From Octopus vulgaris (lineage: Eukaryota): a DNA stretch of 64,000 bases. A model generated the notes under the pieces. The model had not been told where the DNA came from, did not search any database, and saw nothing but the letters and a program-made list of their open reading frames with translations. Positions 39,455 to 50,271 of this stretch are shown here, piece after piece. The stretch lies in assembly GCA_951406725.2 (NCBI GenBank), contig OX597815.1:199640001-199704000 (forward strand), read 5' to 3'. The position numbers were made by a program, and so were the translations under genes. How positions within the stretch are numbered: position 1 is the first letter of the stretch; each line of letters starts with the position of its first letter.

Positions 39455-42400
39455 ACATACATAAACATACCTATATACACTGAATTGGTGTAAAAATAAA
39501 AGTGATAATTAAGAGCTCAGTTATTATCGTGTCATTAAAAGTCCAGCATTGCAATAAATCTCAGCAGTGGCAGTTTTTCTCATTAACACAATATTCCTGA
39601 TAATTTTAATTCTGTCTCAGTTAAAATACATTTAATAATGTTTACCTTAATGAAAAAGCTCTTTATCACACTGAATAAACTACATGTGCAATTCGTGCTT
39701 TTCTGCACTCTCTCCCCCCTTTCTCCATCGATTTACACACACACATACACACACATGCACTTAATCATGTTTGTATCTATCTATTTATCTGACTGAAATG
39801 TTTTGTGATCAATATTTTAAGATACAAAGCAGCTATCTTATGAAGAAGTATACAACCAGTCCAGTCCCACCAACTGTACAGTCTACTGCGGTGGTATCTC
39901 TCAGGGTCTTACAGGTAAATATATTTGATCCTTAACTATTAATCGTGTTCTGTATATTTCTAAATTTTCACCACATGGCTTCATCTTTCAGTTTCTAATT
40001 TAAACCCTAAAAATTTGCTTTTCAGAGGAGCTGATGAGGAAGACTTTCAATTCATATGGAGTAATTCATGAAATTCGTGTTTTCAAAGATAAAGGTTATG
40101 CATTCATTCGGTAAGTTGATCACTTTGGTTACAGGTGATTAAAAGTTCATTTACTACCTCCTTCTCCTTAAAAATTGTATTGGCTTCAACTTGGTACTTG
40201 GCATAACTGTAGTAAGTCATACTGTACTCCATGGTCACCTCACGAGTGTAGAAAAAGCACCCATTACACTCTGTAAAGTGGTTGGCAGTGTAAAAGTCAT
40301 CCAGCTGTAGAAGTGTCATCCTTTGAATCATCCAATCTGTTTTGTCATGGAAGGCAGGCATAAAATTATCATTACTGTCCATCTTTTCTTAACTATTAGC
40401 AAATTAAATGTGGTAGTGAGCGACCATGAAATATCTTGGTGTTAGGAAGGGCATCCAGCTGTAGACACTGCCAGATCAAGATTGAAGCCTGGTGCAGACA
40501 TCTGGATTGCCAGCCCTCAGTCATTCGTCCAACCCGTGCTAGCATGGAAGACGGACATTAAACGATGATGATGATCTTGTTTCCTTGCTTTTTGTATTAT
40601 CCTGTTGCATTCCCTGTAAATATTTTGGGTATTTTGGTGAAAGTAGTCTTAATTTTATTTGTCTTAGTGTTGAAGGAATTTCTTTGCAAGAAATTTTGAA
40701 ATCACACACATTTTGAAGTTGGGAAAATTTAAATATGTGATATAAGCTTATTAGTTAAAAGTCTAAAATCTCATTTGTAGTGTATAATCCATAGTCAACC
40801 AATCAGTTATCATTAGTACAGTTTCAAATTAATACTTAACCCTTTCGTTACCAACCCGGCTGAAACCGGCTCTTTAGTATAAATGTCTTGTTTTCATAAG
40901 TTTTGAATTCAAATCTTCCTCCAAATCTTAGTTAAAATTTGTGTTCCTAACACTAGCTTAATGATAACGAAATTAATTTACTAAATTCTTTGTTATATTT
41001 AAAATAATTGAAAGAAACACAGAGCATCTCAAAATAAATACAGTAATGAAAGGGTTAAAGCTATTTAGTGGTGGTAAATGTTTAGACTCTCTTATATTAA
41101 AAAAGTTTGAGGTAGTGAGTGCCAAGTTGGATTTTGGATGCAGATCTGAGATTTAGTTGAGCCACTTCAACTTTTATTTGCTGTCATGATCTGTCGGTTG
41201 AAGAGGTTGGGTGGGAGGCTGCCTCACACCTCCTTTGCTTACTTTTCCATTGCTTCGTCAAGACGAAATTTTTGGTCATAATCTAAGTATTCATTCATTT
41301 AATATCTGGATTTTACAGCCTTGTGATATTTTGAGTATCAGTGTTTAGACAGCTTTTGGAATCTTATTGTTGAAACTGTCTCGTTCACTGCAATGAGAGG
41401 TTTCTTGGCATTGCATAAAAATGGGTGGGTAGCTGAGTGTATTGTCACTTGTCCATTTATCACTGAATGGTGGACTAATTTTATTAACTTGAAAAGCATT
41501 GAATTCATAAAAGCAGGTTTAGTATGTATGTGAAAAGTTCATACCTTTTGCATCAGTTATTTTCATGAAAGATGCACAAAGTAATTTTCTAATACTTTTA
41601 AGTGGTACCTTATTATTTTTGTTAATTGGTACCATAACACAACTTCATTAATTGTTCTTCATTATCGCAAAGTCAATTTAGAATTAGACATTTTAAAACT
41701 TATAACATTTGCTACTTAACCCTTTAGTGTTTAAACTGGCCATATCCGGCTGAAGTTTTCTACTAGTTTTATGTTTAAACTGACCAGATCAGGGCTCTCA
41801 CACCTAATCTACATTGACATTCTAAAAATGAACAATCACATCATTGAAACCTCAAAGCTATAAGATAATGCATGATTAATTTAAAATAATTTAAGTAAAA
41901 AAATATTACATTTAACAGAGTAATCTGAACACTAAAGGGTTAATAGGCTAATTTTGTTAATTGTATTGTATAGTTAATGAAATAAATATTTCTTAATAAA
42001 ATGTTTGTATCTTTCTCTCTGTTAAAAGATTTTCTTCAAAGGAATCTGCTGCTCAAGCAATTTGTGGTGTTCATGGCAATGTGATTGCAGATCAACCTGT
42101 GAAGTGTTCCTGGGGTAAAGAATCTAATGATCCTAACCAAAGCAGTCAGCCAACTGTCACTAATGAGGTGTGTAATTAAAAAAAAAAACTTTTTTGTGGA
42201 AGTTAAGTACTTCATAGTTTAATGGTTCTGTGTGACCAGGCCATTTTAGTTTTTCAAGAATGTTGTTTTGTGTATTGAAATTCAGGTGGCATTTACCAAG
42301 TTTTAAATAAATATTTCTTGCATTGGCCTAAGGACAGACTATGTTGATGACCAGTTGAATGAATTCCTTAGTTATGTCGTTACTTTTTAGCAATTAAGGC

Positions 42401-45400
42401 GGCGAGCTGGCCGAAGCGTTAGCACGCCGGGCGAAATGCTTAGCAGTATTTCGTCTGCCGTTACATTTCTGAGTTCAAATTTCGCCAAGGTCGACTTTGC
42501 CTTTCATCCTTTCATGGTCGACTATATATATATATATATATCCACGTGTGTGTATGTGTTGTATGTATAATTGTGCGTGTGTATGAACATTTCTTTTATT
42601 GAATGAGCGCTTGGTTGCACTCTTGTATTAGGTGTGCGGACTATGGATTTAGCCCCTTGTGGGTAGTAAAGAAATAGGTACTTTTAGCAATCATGGGATG
42701 TTGAATAGCAATTAAATGAGGCCTGTAACTAATTGCTGATATGCATATTGAGAACTTGGTTAAATTCTAAATAATTATATCTTGTATATTGGGAAAGTGC
42801 TCACATTCGGTATACAAGCAGGAGGTTTCATCTTGTGATCTAGTTGTCTTTTACTATCTGATATGGATTTGTAATTTCCTAGCAGTTGATGTTTATATAT
42901 AGGATGTAAAATAAAAAGAAAAAAATGCATCGATTTTTCTTTCTCTTTTCAGCAACAGCAACCTTTCTCCTCCCCTTCAGCCTATGGTCAGTTTTATGGT
43001 AACATGGGTTATTGGGGCTATCCATATCAAAATATGGCCCAGAGCAGCTATGTTCAAGGAGGAATGAATCAATGGGCAGGTTATAACTACCAAGCATATG
43101 CTGGGTAAGTGAACTTTCTACAGTTTTCGTCTCTTGTTTACTCAATTTAAACATTTTCAATAAGCCTCAAACAACATTGGTTATCTACAAAACTGCCTCC
43201 TCTGTGCTATTGCTCAATCTGCTAGAAGTAGCAGCCAAATTAGCCTGGAACCTCATCCATTATCCAAGCACAGTATACTCTAGGCCACAAAAAGGACCTA
43301 GTGGATAATTCAGGAAATGGGGTGGCTATCATCATCATTGTAATAACTTTTCCATGCTTGCATAGATCAGTTGGAATTAGAAAGGTGTTTTTCCTTTAGT
43401 CCAAACTAGTTTCCTTGGAAGATGTGAAATAAAGTGCTCATTTTACAACTGTTGCATGTTTTAAATTGAGCACTACTGCAATCAAGACAAGGAGATATAA
43501 GCACACATGTATAACTCCTGTACGTATGAGCTTCTTTCGGTTTCATTCCACAAATCTACTCAAAGCTCTGCAGTGCTATAGGAGATACCTGAGGTACCAT
43601 ATGGTTGTGCAGCATATGGCTTAAACCACTGATAGCATAAATGTTTGCTGGTAACCAATGTATATGATTTCCATCATAGTGGTTACATCTTAAAAGCATA
43701 AATCCTTAAAATCCCTCAAAATGTTTTAGACCGAAGGCCGCGGCCATGCTGGGGCACCACCGCTGAAAAACTATGCTATGCTTACTGAGCCTAGGTTTCC
43801 CAAGCAGTCACCCATCTAAGTACTGACTAGGCTCGACGTTGCTTAACTTCGGTGATCAGACGAGAACCGGTGCTTTTTCAAAACATTCTTGGCAACATCT
43901 AGCATGTTTTTATTTTGGCTACAAAAATCTTCTTTATCTGCTTTGGGTGGAGTTCTTCAAACCCTCCCACTCTGGTTGGTTCTCTCTTTCTCTTACACAC
44001 ACAATCTGGTGAATGAACTATGAAAGTGTAAAGAAGACTGCTGGATTGCAGCTTTCGTGTATTTAAAAACAACTTACACGAACCCACGATTAAGATAGTA
44101 AAATTAAACCAATATTTTCTTTTTCTTTACAGGATGAATGTCCCCGCAATGCAACAATGGGGCCAAATTCCCCTGCAGCCTGGCCAGCAACAGCAGCAAT
44201 TTAATGGTCAGCAGCAAACTATGCTTGGTTATCCTCTGCAGCAGGGTAGGTATTATCATACATTACCTGCATATTTATCTTCATAACCCCCTTCCATTAA
44301 GGACTATTTTTCTTTGAAAGGGTTGCATCCTTTTTTGGGGAGAGGTGGCAGGGTTTCTTTATCGACCAACAGAATTCATTGGTTAATGGTTTCATTGGTT
44401 GTCCTTTTTTTTTTTTATAAAGAATGTTCTTTCTTTTAATTATTATTTTTATTTTATTTTCTCATTTGGAAGAAGGAAAAATTTAATACCCTGAATTTGC
44501 TAGGCATTTTGTTCTGTTTATTATTTTTTTTTTCCTTTATTAATATTTGGAAAATATTGTTTTGTTTTATTTTTTATCTTAAATCTGTTACGTTTTTTTT
44601 TTCCCTCCTCTCCTACTAACTTCCGTATTACACTTGACTTGGTTTTCTAGCAGACAACTTACCCTTCAGCTTTTCTTTCAAAGTTTGTGGATACAAGTCT
44701 TTCCCTCTGCATGAATAATGAATTTTCTCCTTCATTCCTCCCTTCATTTTCCTTCATTTATTTACTACACCCATATATTTACCTTCCCCATTTCCCCCGT
44801 ATTTGTTATTTTTAATTAAGCAACACATTAAAATCTAGCTTAGTTTGACTCCTACCTACCGCCCTAAATAATATGTGGGGTACAAAAACACTTTAGAGTT
44901 CCATATAATCTATAAACTCCTGTAAATTCTAGTTGATTATGTTATGGAAAAAAGAAAATCTTCTGTCAGTTTTGACAATAAGAATTCCAGTTGTTAGATC
45001 AACTGAACTTACCTGCTCCTTTGTGTAAGTGGTTGAGAGTTCCACAGACACTTGTAACTCTAATGTAATCTTAAGGCAAAATCAGTGTGGCCGTGCTGAG
45101 CCGCTGAATTGAAATTAAAAGTCCATCTGCTGTGGCTGTCTTTGATGGTTTGTCAACCGAAGACTAGTTTTACCACTTGTCCAAAATGCCAAGCATTGAC
45201 GTCAAACTCGGGGTTTTGTGATTGCAAAGCAAACTTTTATTTAACTAAAATAGCCATTTCTATATCCATATAGGATGCAGACACAGTTGAGTGGCTAAGA
45301 GGGGCTAGGTTTAATGTACACACAAACACATATACTCACATGCACAGGTGCGTGCGCACAAATACAAAACACTTGTAGCCATCATTACCAAGTTTTATAT

Positions 45401-48400
45401 ATGGGGGGCTATTCTTATTTTTTAAAGCTAAAAGTTGTAATCGGGTTTTTATTTTTCTATATACCACTACATATTGTCAATGTAACAGCTTTGCATGTTT
45501 CAACTATTCTATCTGGGCTTCACCCAAAGTGTAATTGCTTCATTTTTTTTCTCTCTTACATTACAATTTACTAATTAACTATACATACATACATATATAT
45601 ATAACAAGATTAAATGTTTTTTACCTCTATTTTCTCTTACTATTGCATGTAAATTTATATAAATCAGTAAGAATCTCATTTTCTTTCTCAATGAGCAGTT
45701 GGATTAGCCTAATATCTAAACATAGTCGGGCAGTTGGTAGTCTACTGGAATTAAAAATGGCAACTATATAATGCCACCAAGTCAATTACAGTACTCACGG
45801 CTGGCATTTTAGAATGTTATATCTTTCTCAACCCCATTCCATTTTAACTGATAACACTAACCTCTTTCTTTTTTTTTATTTCCATGTTTGTCCCTTTCCT
45901 TCCAAAAATACACAACAATCAGCATTTTAGCAGATACTCCCATTTGCATTTTATGTTTCTATTTTGCTGACAAACGCCTTGTTGCACTTCCTATTATTTG
46001 TGTTTTGAATTAGTTCTTAAAAAAAAAAAAATTATAAAAAGAAATACACAAGATTGAAAGACTGAATTCACTGCAATAAGTTCCAATAATGCTTTAGTTC
46101 TATTACGGGTAATAATTGTACGAATTAGATTGTAACAATGTCTCCTCCACCCCCTTTTTTAAATACCTGCTTTTATTGTCTTTTATTTAGTGAACATAGT
46201 GGTTATAATGTGATACTGACATCTGTTTCTCTAATGGTCTTGTCTTCAGTTCAGAATTGTTTTAAATAGCTTTCCAAAGATGCAGTTCTGTGGCTTTTGA
46301 CCTTCCCTATGATGAGAGCTGCTTTTTAGTCTCTACCCTGCCTGTTATATAGCAGCGCTGAGAAATTCCTTTCAGTGCTCTGAGACACTGTTGTTCACTA
46401 GGCTACATAATCGGGGACAGCTATGTTTGATATTAGCTTCATCCTTCTGTTCATTGAACTCAATACCCGACTATTTGTTGCTGACATTAAATTTTTCCAT
46501 TTGCTAGGGGTGATATCTCATCCCCTTTTCATCCCATGATTGCAAGCATTCTGGCATCATGCCCTCAGGCGCTGAGGTAAAATGGCTGACAGCAGGTTGG
46601 AAGATTTTTATATACTTTTTTTTCTTCTTTCTCCACTTTATAGCTTTTTCAGCCATAGAATCTACTTCAAGATTTTTGGTTAGATTTATTCTGAATTTGG
46701 TTTTACTATCTGGATAGATTTTCTTTACTTTTTTAATAGGTACACCTCAAAATCAATATTCATACAGTTTAGCTTTTAAGCATATCTCGGATATGTTAAT
46801 CACTTTATATTAAATGCAATGTTTTAATTTTAATTTTCTATTTATTTCTCTTCTAAATTTTATGGAATGGGGTATATAATATTTTCAATAAAACCTAAAT
46901 ACACAGTATTGGTTAATATATAAATATTGTTAGAAATGGGGTGTATATTGAGAGGAGAAACTAGTTCCCTTCTTTGGATTTGAAAAATGGATTTTTTTGT
47001 CAAATGCTTAAATTCTATAAACCATCATTGTATCCAATTTCTAAGCTGATCCTACTCAAGAAACCGGGTGGCTTCTTGTTTTCATTTCTTTATTATTTTA
47101 ATCTGTTGGGTTGTGATATTTTCTAGAGATTAAAGAAAGTAGAGCTTGTTTATGCTAGAAAGCACAGAATAATATTCCTCCCAACACTAAAGCATGCCAG
47201 TTCATGCTTTTAAGAACAAGTTACATGATTAACTGGCTTATTACTAACGAGTTTACTAAATTACACACACACACACACACACATTAATATTGAAGCATCG
47301 CTGCTATTTTACATTCTCCAAAGTTTACTATTAATATAGAAACTCCAAGGTGTGTCATTGCAGATGACTTTGTATTTTATGTAGATAACGCTGCATGTTT
47401 TCTTGAGTTATTGTTTCGCATGACAGGACTATATTGTGCGTGCGTGTATGTATATATATATATATATAATAAAAAAAAAAAATAATAATCGTAGAGCAAG
47501 ATTAAAGAATGTTTTAATGCCGGGAATTTAGTTTAGAGATGGAAACCGAAAAGCATTGAGCAAAGTTTTTGCATGTTTTATCTTTTCATGTAATGGAATA
47601 TTGATAATGAAAGGAAAAGCCAGTTATTCTTGTGATGTCTTTTCAAATTAATGCAGGCTTAAGATTTAATTATAATACTCCCCTCTGAATCTTTTTCATC
47701 GGAGAGCAATAACTGTTTTATGTGCAATTCATAATATTGAGAGTTATTCGTTGTGGTTTTGGTACTCTATCAGCCAGCATCAGTCTTAAAAATTAGATTT
47801 CTTTTGCCATGATGTTCTGCTTCCCAGGCCCCAGTTGATCTTTTTGACCCATCACTGTCATTTTTGTGGCATGGTTTCAACAATGTCTAGTTGAAATGTT
47901 GTTCAATTTTCCAGATAGCTACTTGGAAGAGGACAATTAGGTTCTGGTTGGTGGTCACAGTAAGCATATCCAGATTTGATTTTGTCTTTTTTTAACAACA
48001 TTAACATTTTCAGAACTTGATTTTCTTAGATGGAGTTTTTTCTTTAAAAAAAAATTTTTTTTTTGATATTCTTTATTATTATTTCTTTGCTACAAAGTTC
48101 TTTTTGGATTGCAATTTGTTGATAGATATTTTGTTGAATTTTGATAAAACCTCTCTTACTCACTCTGGAAATTGATTTGAGTCGGTGTTTTGGCTTGGCA
48201 TTCTTTTTAATAGTTACTAACACAACCGTAGTTTGTTTTGTTTCACTTTCAAAGATTTATCTCAATATTTCCCAACATAGAACTATGCTGGTGGGGGTGG
48301 GAGAATCTTGCAATTTTTATGTTTTTAAAAAAAAAAAACTTAATAAAAATACTAAGCTAGGTTTTTTGTTTTTTTTAATAGAAGTTTGTATTCCCTTGTT

Positions 48401-48540
48401 GCTTTTTGCTCACAAGTTTCTGTAGCGTGTTCTTTAGCTCTTTCACTTGGCAGTACATACCACGTGAAATATATTTTTTTTATATTAAAATATGGATGAG
48501 AAGCATGGTTGGTTTCTAAAGGTTTTGCTTTTGTTTTTAC

Positions 48541-48574
<34 letters not shown>

Positions 48575-49892
48575 ATTATATGTAAAAAAAATTTTTTTCT
48601 TTGCATATTTTCTAATAAACTGGCTGCCTTACTACCTCATAAAATCAGTAAGCATGTTAGGTTTGAATATCTAAATAAAAGGAGTCAGCAAATTTAATAT
48701 TTTCAATACAATTGCTAATTGTTTTTGGTAAAAATGCTTCCTATGGCTAGTAGTTGGTTATCTTTTGCCTAATGCTGGTTTGTTGATTTGAAAGAATGTT
48801 ATTAAAAAAAAAATATCATTATTCAATCACTTTTGTCCGAATTGTATAACACACTTTTTTCTGTTACCCAATTTCCGAATTTCACTTTTGCAAATAAAAT
48901 TTTTTTTTCAATTTAATTTTGTATTTAAACAAACTTCTTTAAAATGATAAGTTTGGATGAGCATTTATTAAAATTTTTTTTTTCTTTTTTTTTTTTTTTC
49001 ACATTTTCAGATATGAAGATGCTGGACTAAAATGAAACCTTCATCAACAGGTTGGCATACATTTCAGTCCTGTTTGCAATATTGGGCTTTATACTTCATT
49101 CACTTGTTGCATGAAAATTTGCTGCTGTTTTTATCTTGAAAACCTTAGGATTTTCACTGCTACTCAACTCTATGAGTCAATCTCAGAATCTACAAAAAGG
49201 ATTTTTTAAAATGTATATATATAATACTGACACACAAACAGGTGTATGTCTTTAAAGGATGTTTAAACAAGAGCACCAATTGACTTTGCCTAACAAAATA
49301 TTGCCCCCCCCTCTTCCCATAACTTTTTTTTTTTAATGTTTTAATAGCTCTAATTTTGTTTAACAAGTGACTGACCTTGTATAATTTAATATTGGGACGG
49401 CCATTAGAAATCCAACCAACTTAATGTTACGGTGTTTTATAGGCAAAGGTTTAATTTACTTTCCACTTTTGTAATGAAAATTGGAGAATAAAATATATAT
49501 ATCACAAATATTTTGCCTTAAATTGTTTGCCTTTTGTCTACAGCCTCAGTAAAGAAGCTTTTGAAACTAAATTTTTTGAAAAAAGAAAAAAAAAATGTAG
49601 TTTTTTTTTTTTTCTTTAAGTAATTGAATTTAATTAGTCATAAGTATCTAATTTATGCTTTGTTGTTTTGTTTGTATATAGATTAATTTTTCATAGTTTT
49701 ACTCAGTTTTTAATGATGTAAAATATTGAACTATATATTTTTGTAACTTCTGTAAATTATTTTTTTCTTCATGCATGCAGTTTACATTTGTCACTAGGAG
49801 TGACCTTTAATTCTTTTTTTAATTTTTGTGTTCTTTTCTCAACTCTGGTTTCTTTCTGGTATTTTTCAGGCTACCCACAAGCTCCGTACTAA
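23647..49892 (+). CDS. TIAL1: TIA-1/TIAR (nucleolysin, Rox8-like) RNA-binding protein; 5'-partial spliced CDS, 9 exons in window, RRM2 + RRM3 + prion-like Q/G/Y tail
   Basis: Manual GT-AG splicing gives 875 nt with consistent intron phases (1,2,0,1,1,2,0,2,1). Translation contains [54 protein letters not shown] and VKCSWGKE, which are diagnostic TIA1/TIAL1 motifs. An invertebrate gene is co-orthologous to TIA1 and TIAL1. Confidence 0.95.
26185..26469 (-). mobile_element. tRNA-derived SINE, family D
   Basis: Minus-strand head gtggaggcgcaatggcctagtggttagg...ggtttcgattcc with A and B boxes. Confidence 0.8.
27171..27315 (+). other. Candidate poison cassette exon A (SGQFYLKNK*)
   Basis: T-rich acceptor ending cctag; donor tat/gtaagt followed by a long U-rich tract; in-frame TGA. 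Confidence 0.4.
27633..27702 (+). other. Candidate poison cassette exon B (TC|A TGA immediate stop)
   Basis: cctaac branch-like site, acag acceptor, weak donor tat/gtatgc followed by about 60 nt of near-pure pyrimidines. Confidence 0.5.
30876..30951 (+). CDS. TIAL1: TIA-1/TIAR exon, RRM2 RNP1 ([25 protein letters not shown])
   Basis: Acceptor ttattgcag, donor gtaagt; 76 nt; visible inside ORF 30736..31029. Confidence 0.95.
31163..31320 (+). mobile_element. Retroposon family B, 3' end
   Basis: Same core and tail. Confidence 0.75.
33165..33411 (-). mobile_element. Retroposon family B
   Basis: (CAT)n followed by the reverse-complement core. Confidence 0.75.
33630..33978 (-). mobile_element. 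SINE family A, older copy
   Basis: Colinear but diverged match to 35112-35520. Confidence 0.75.
34295..34949. mobile_element. MITE family 1 interrupted by a SINE insertion
   Basis: MITE sequence stops at about 34353, resumes at about 34788 and ends actaaaggg-TTAA. Confidence 0.8.
34354..34787 (+). mobile_element. tRNA-derived SINE, family A, full length
   Basis: A-box-like tggctgtctggt and B-box-like gagttcagtcc, internal (TA)n, aagagta-repeat tail; many copies in window. Confidence 0.88.
35112..35520 (-). mobile_element. tRNA-derived SINE, family A, full length
   Basis: Inverted relative to 34354-34787, high identity. Confidence 0.88.
35966..36185. mobile_element. piggyBac-like MITE, family 1
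   Basis: TTAA-ccctttagcatt start; damaged right terminus followed by TTAA. Confidence 0.85.
36455..36775 (+). mobile_element. Retroposon family B with three internal repeat units
   Basis: Colinear with 2800-3066. Confidence 0.75.
37140..38650 (-). pseudogene. Highly decayed RTE-clade LINE reverse-transcriptase remnant
   Basis: Minus-strand peptide traces in RT order: [57 protein letters not shown]; many stops and frameshifts; boundaries approximate. Confidence 0.65.
38803..38960 (+). mobile_element. Retroposon family B, 3' end
   Basis: Same subfamily as 33165-33411 in opposite orientation; more fragments at 598-730(-), 32085-32270, 40250-40370 and 40436-40575. Confidence 0.75.
39268..39373 (+). 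CDS. TIAL1: TIA-1/TIAR exon, RRM2 end ([35 protein letters not shown])
   Basis: Acceptor aatatag, donor gtaagt; 106 nt. Confidence 0.95.
39822..39914 (+). CDS. TIAL1: TIA-1/TIAR exon, linker and RRM3 start ([31 protein letters not shown])
   Basis: Acceptor ttttaag, donor gtaaat; 93 nt; in phase with both neighbours. Confidence 0.93.
40026..40110 (+). CDS. TIAL1: TIA-1/TIAR exon, RRM3 ([29 protein letters not shown])
   Basis: Acceptor cttttcag after a 111-nt intron, donor gtaagt; 85 nt. Confidence 0.95.
40840..41054. mobile_element. piggyBac-like MITE, family 2
   Basis: TTAA on both sides, TIR ccctttcgttac/gtaatgaaaggg; decayed relatives near 16927-17118 and 17711-17905. Confidence 0.8.
41720..41939. 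mobile_element. piggyBac-like MITE, family 1, intact termini
   Basis: TTAA on both sides, perfect 12-bp TIR ccctttagtgtt/aacactaaaggg, 220 bp. Confidence 0.9.
42029..42167 (+). CDS. TIAL1: TIA-1/TIAR exon, RRM3 end ([46 protein letters not shown])
   Basis: Acceptor ctctctgttaaaag, weak donor gag/gtgtgt; 139 nt; frame closes a few codons after this donor. Confidence 0.9.
42395..42678 (+). mobile_element. SINE family C with target-site duplication and a foreign internal segment
   Basis: TSD tact(t)tttagcaat at 42381-42394 and 42679-42691; centre replaced by (TA)n plus 95 nt matching 54808-54902. Confidence 0.85.
42953..43104 (+). CDS. TIAL1: TIA-1/TIAR exon, prion-like domain ([51 protein letters not shown])
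   Basis: Strong pyrimidine tract and cag, donor gtaagt; 152 nt; in-frame alternative cag 6 nt downstream. Confidence 0.88.
43700..43882 (-). mobile_element. 5S rRNA-derived retroposon (SINE3-like) or 5S pseudogene fused to a SINE tail
   Basis: Minus strand reads caccggttctcgtctgatcaccgaagttaagcaacgtcgagcctagtcagtacttagatgggtgactgcttgggaa (5S, 5' end missing), then ggtgccccagcatggccgc. Confidence 0.8.
44133..44245 (+). CDS. TIAL1: TIA-1/TIAR exon, Q-rich domain ([37 protein letters not shown])
   Basis: Acceptor ttttctttacag, donor g/gtaggt; 113 nt; in phase. Confidence 0.87.
49011..49050 (+). other. Candidate alternative exon giving C-terminus DMKMLD*
   Basis: Very strong poly-T acceptor ending acattttcag; donor cag/gttggc; 40 nt. 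Confidence 0.45.
49870..49892 (+). CDS. TIAL1: TIA-1/TIAR probable terminal coding exon (GYPQAPY*)
   Basis: Long pyrimidine tract and tttttcag; phase-1 join gives GYPQAPY-TAA, matching the tail composition; UTR-like sequence follows. Confidence 0.75.
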
Positions 49893-50187
49893 GTGCAGAC
49901 CTTGTCGGCCCTAACTGCGATTATGTATCCACAACTGCAGCAGGGAACACAAGAAATATTCGGTTCACCTTATAACTGCAGAAATCCTGTACATAGCACT
50001 ATTAATGTAGCCATATAGCTAGAAATATATAGATTACAGATAAAAAAAGAAAAAAAAAAAATCCTAAAAAAAGATTTAAAAAAACCCCCAAAAAACACAA
50101 AAAACTAAAAAAAAAAAAATCAAGAAAACAATACTAAAATAGTCATCAGTTTTCATAATGATGATAATGACTGATAATGGTTAAATA

Positions 50188-50271
50188 TAATAATAATAAT
50201 AATAATAATAATATAACAATAATAATAATAATAATGATAATAATAATAATATTATTAATAATGATAATAAT
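50188..50271. repeat. (AAT)n microsatellite
   Basis: Direct reading, imperfect. Confidence 0.9.

Noticed and set aside
43779-43880. Functional 5S rRNA gene
   Set aside because: The 5' end is missing, it is a single intronic copy, and it is fused to a retroposon tail.
45005-45016. ACTTACCTG, U1 snRNA 5' end or an antisense donor
   Set aside because: A 9-mer at the edge of a decayed repeat, with no further U1 sequence or antisense exon.
46309-46383. C/D box snoRNA (ATGATGA...CTGA...CTGA)
   Set aside because: No terminal stem, no C' box and no recognisable rRNA guide.
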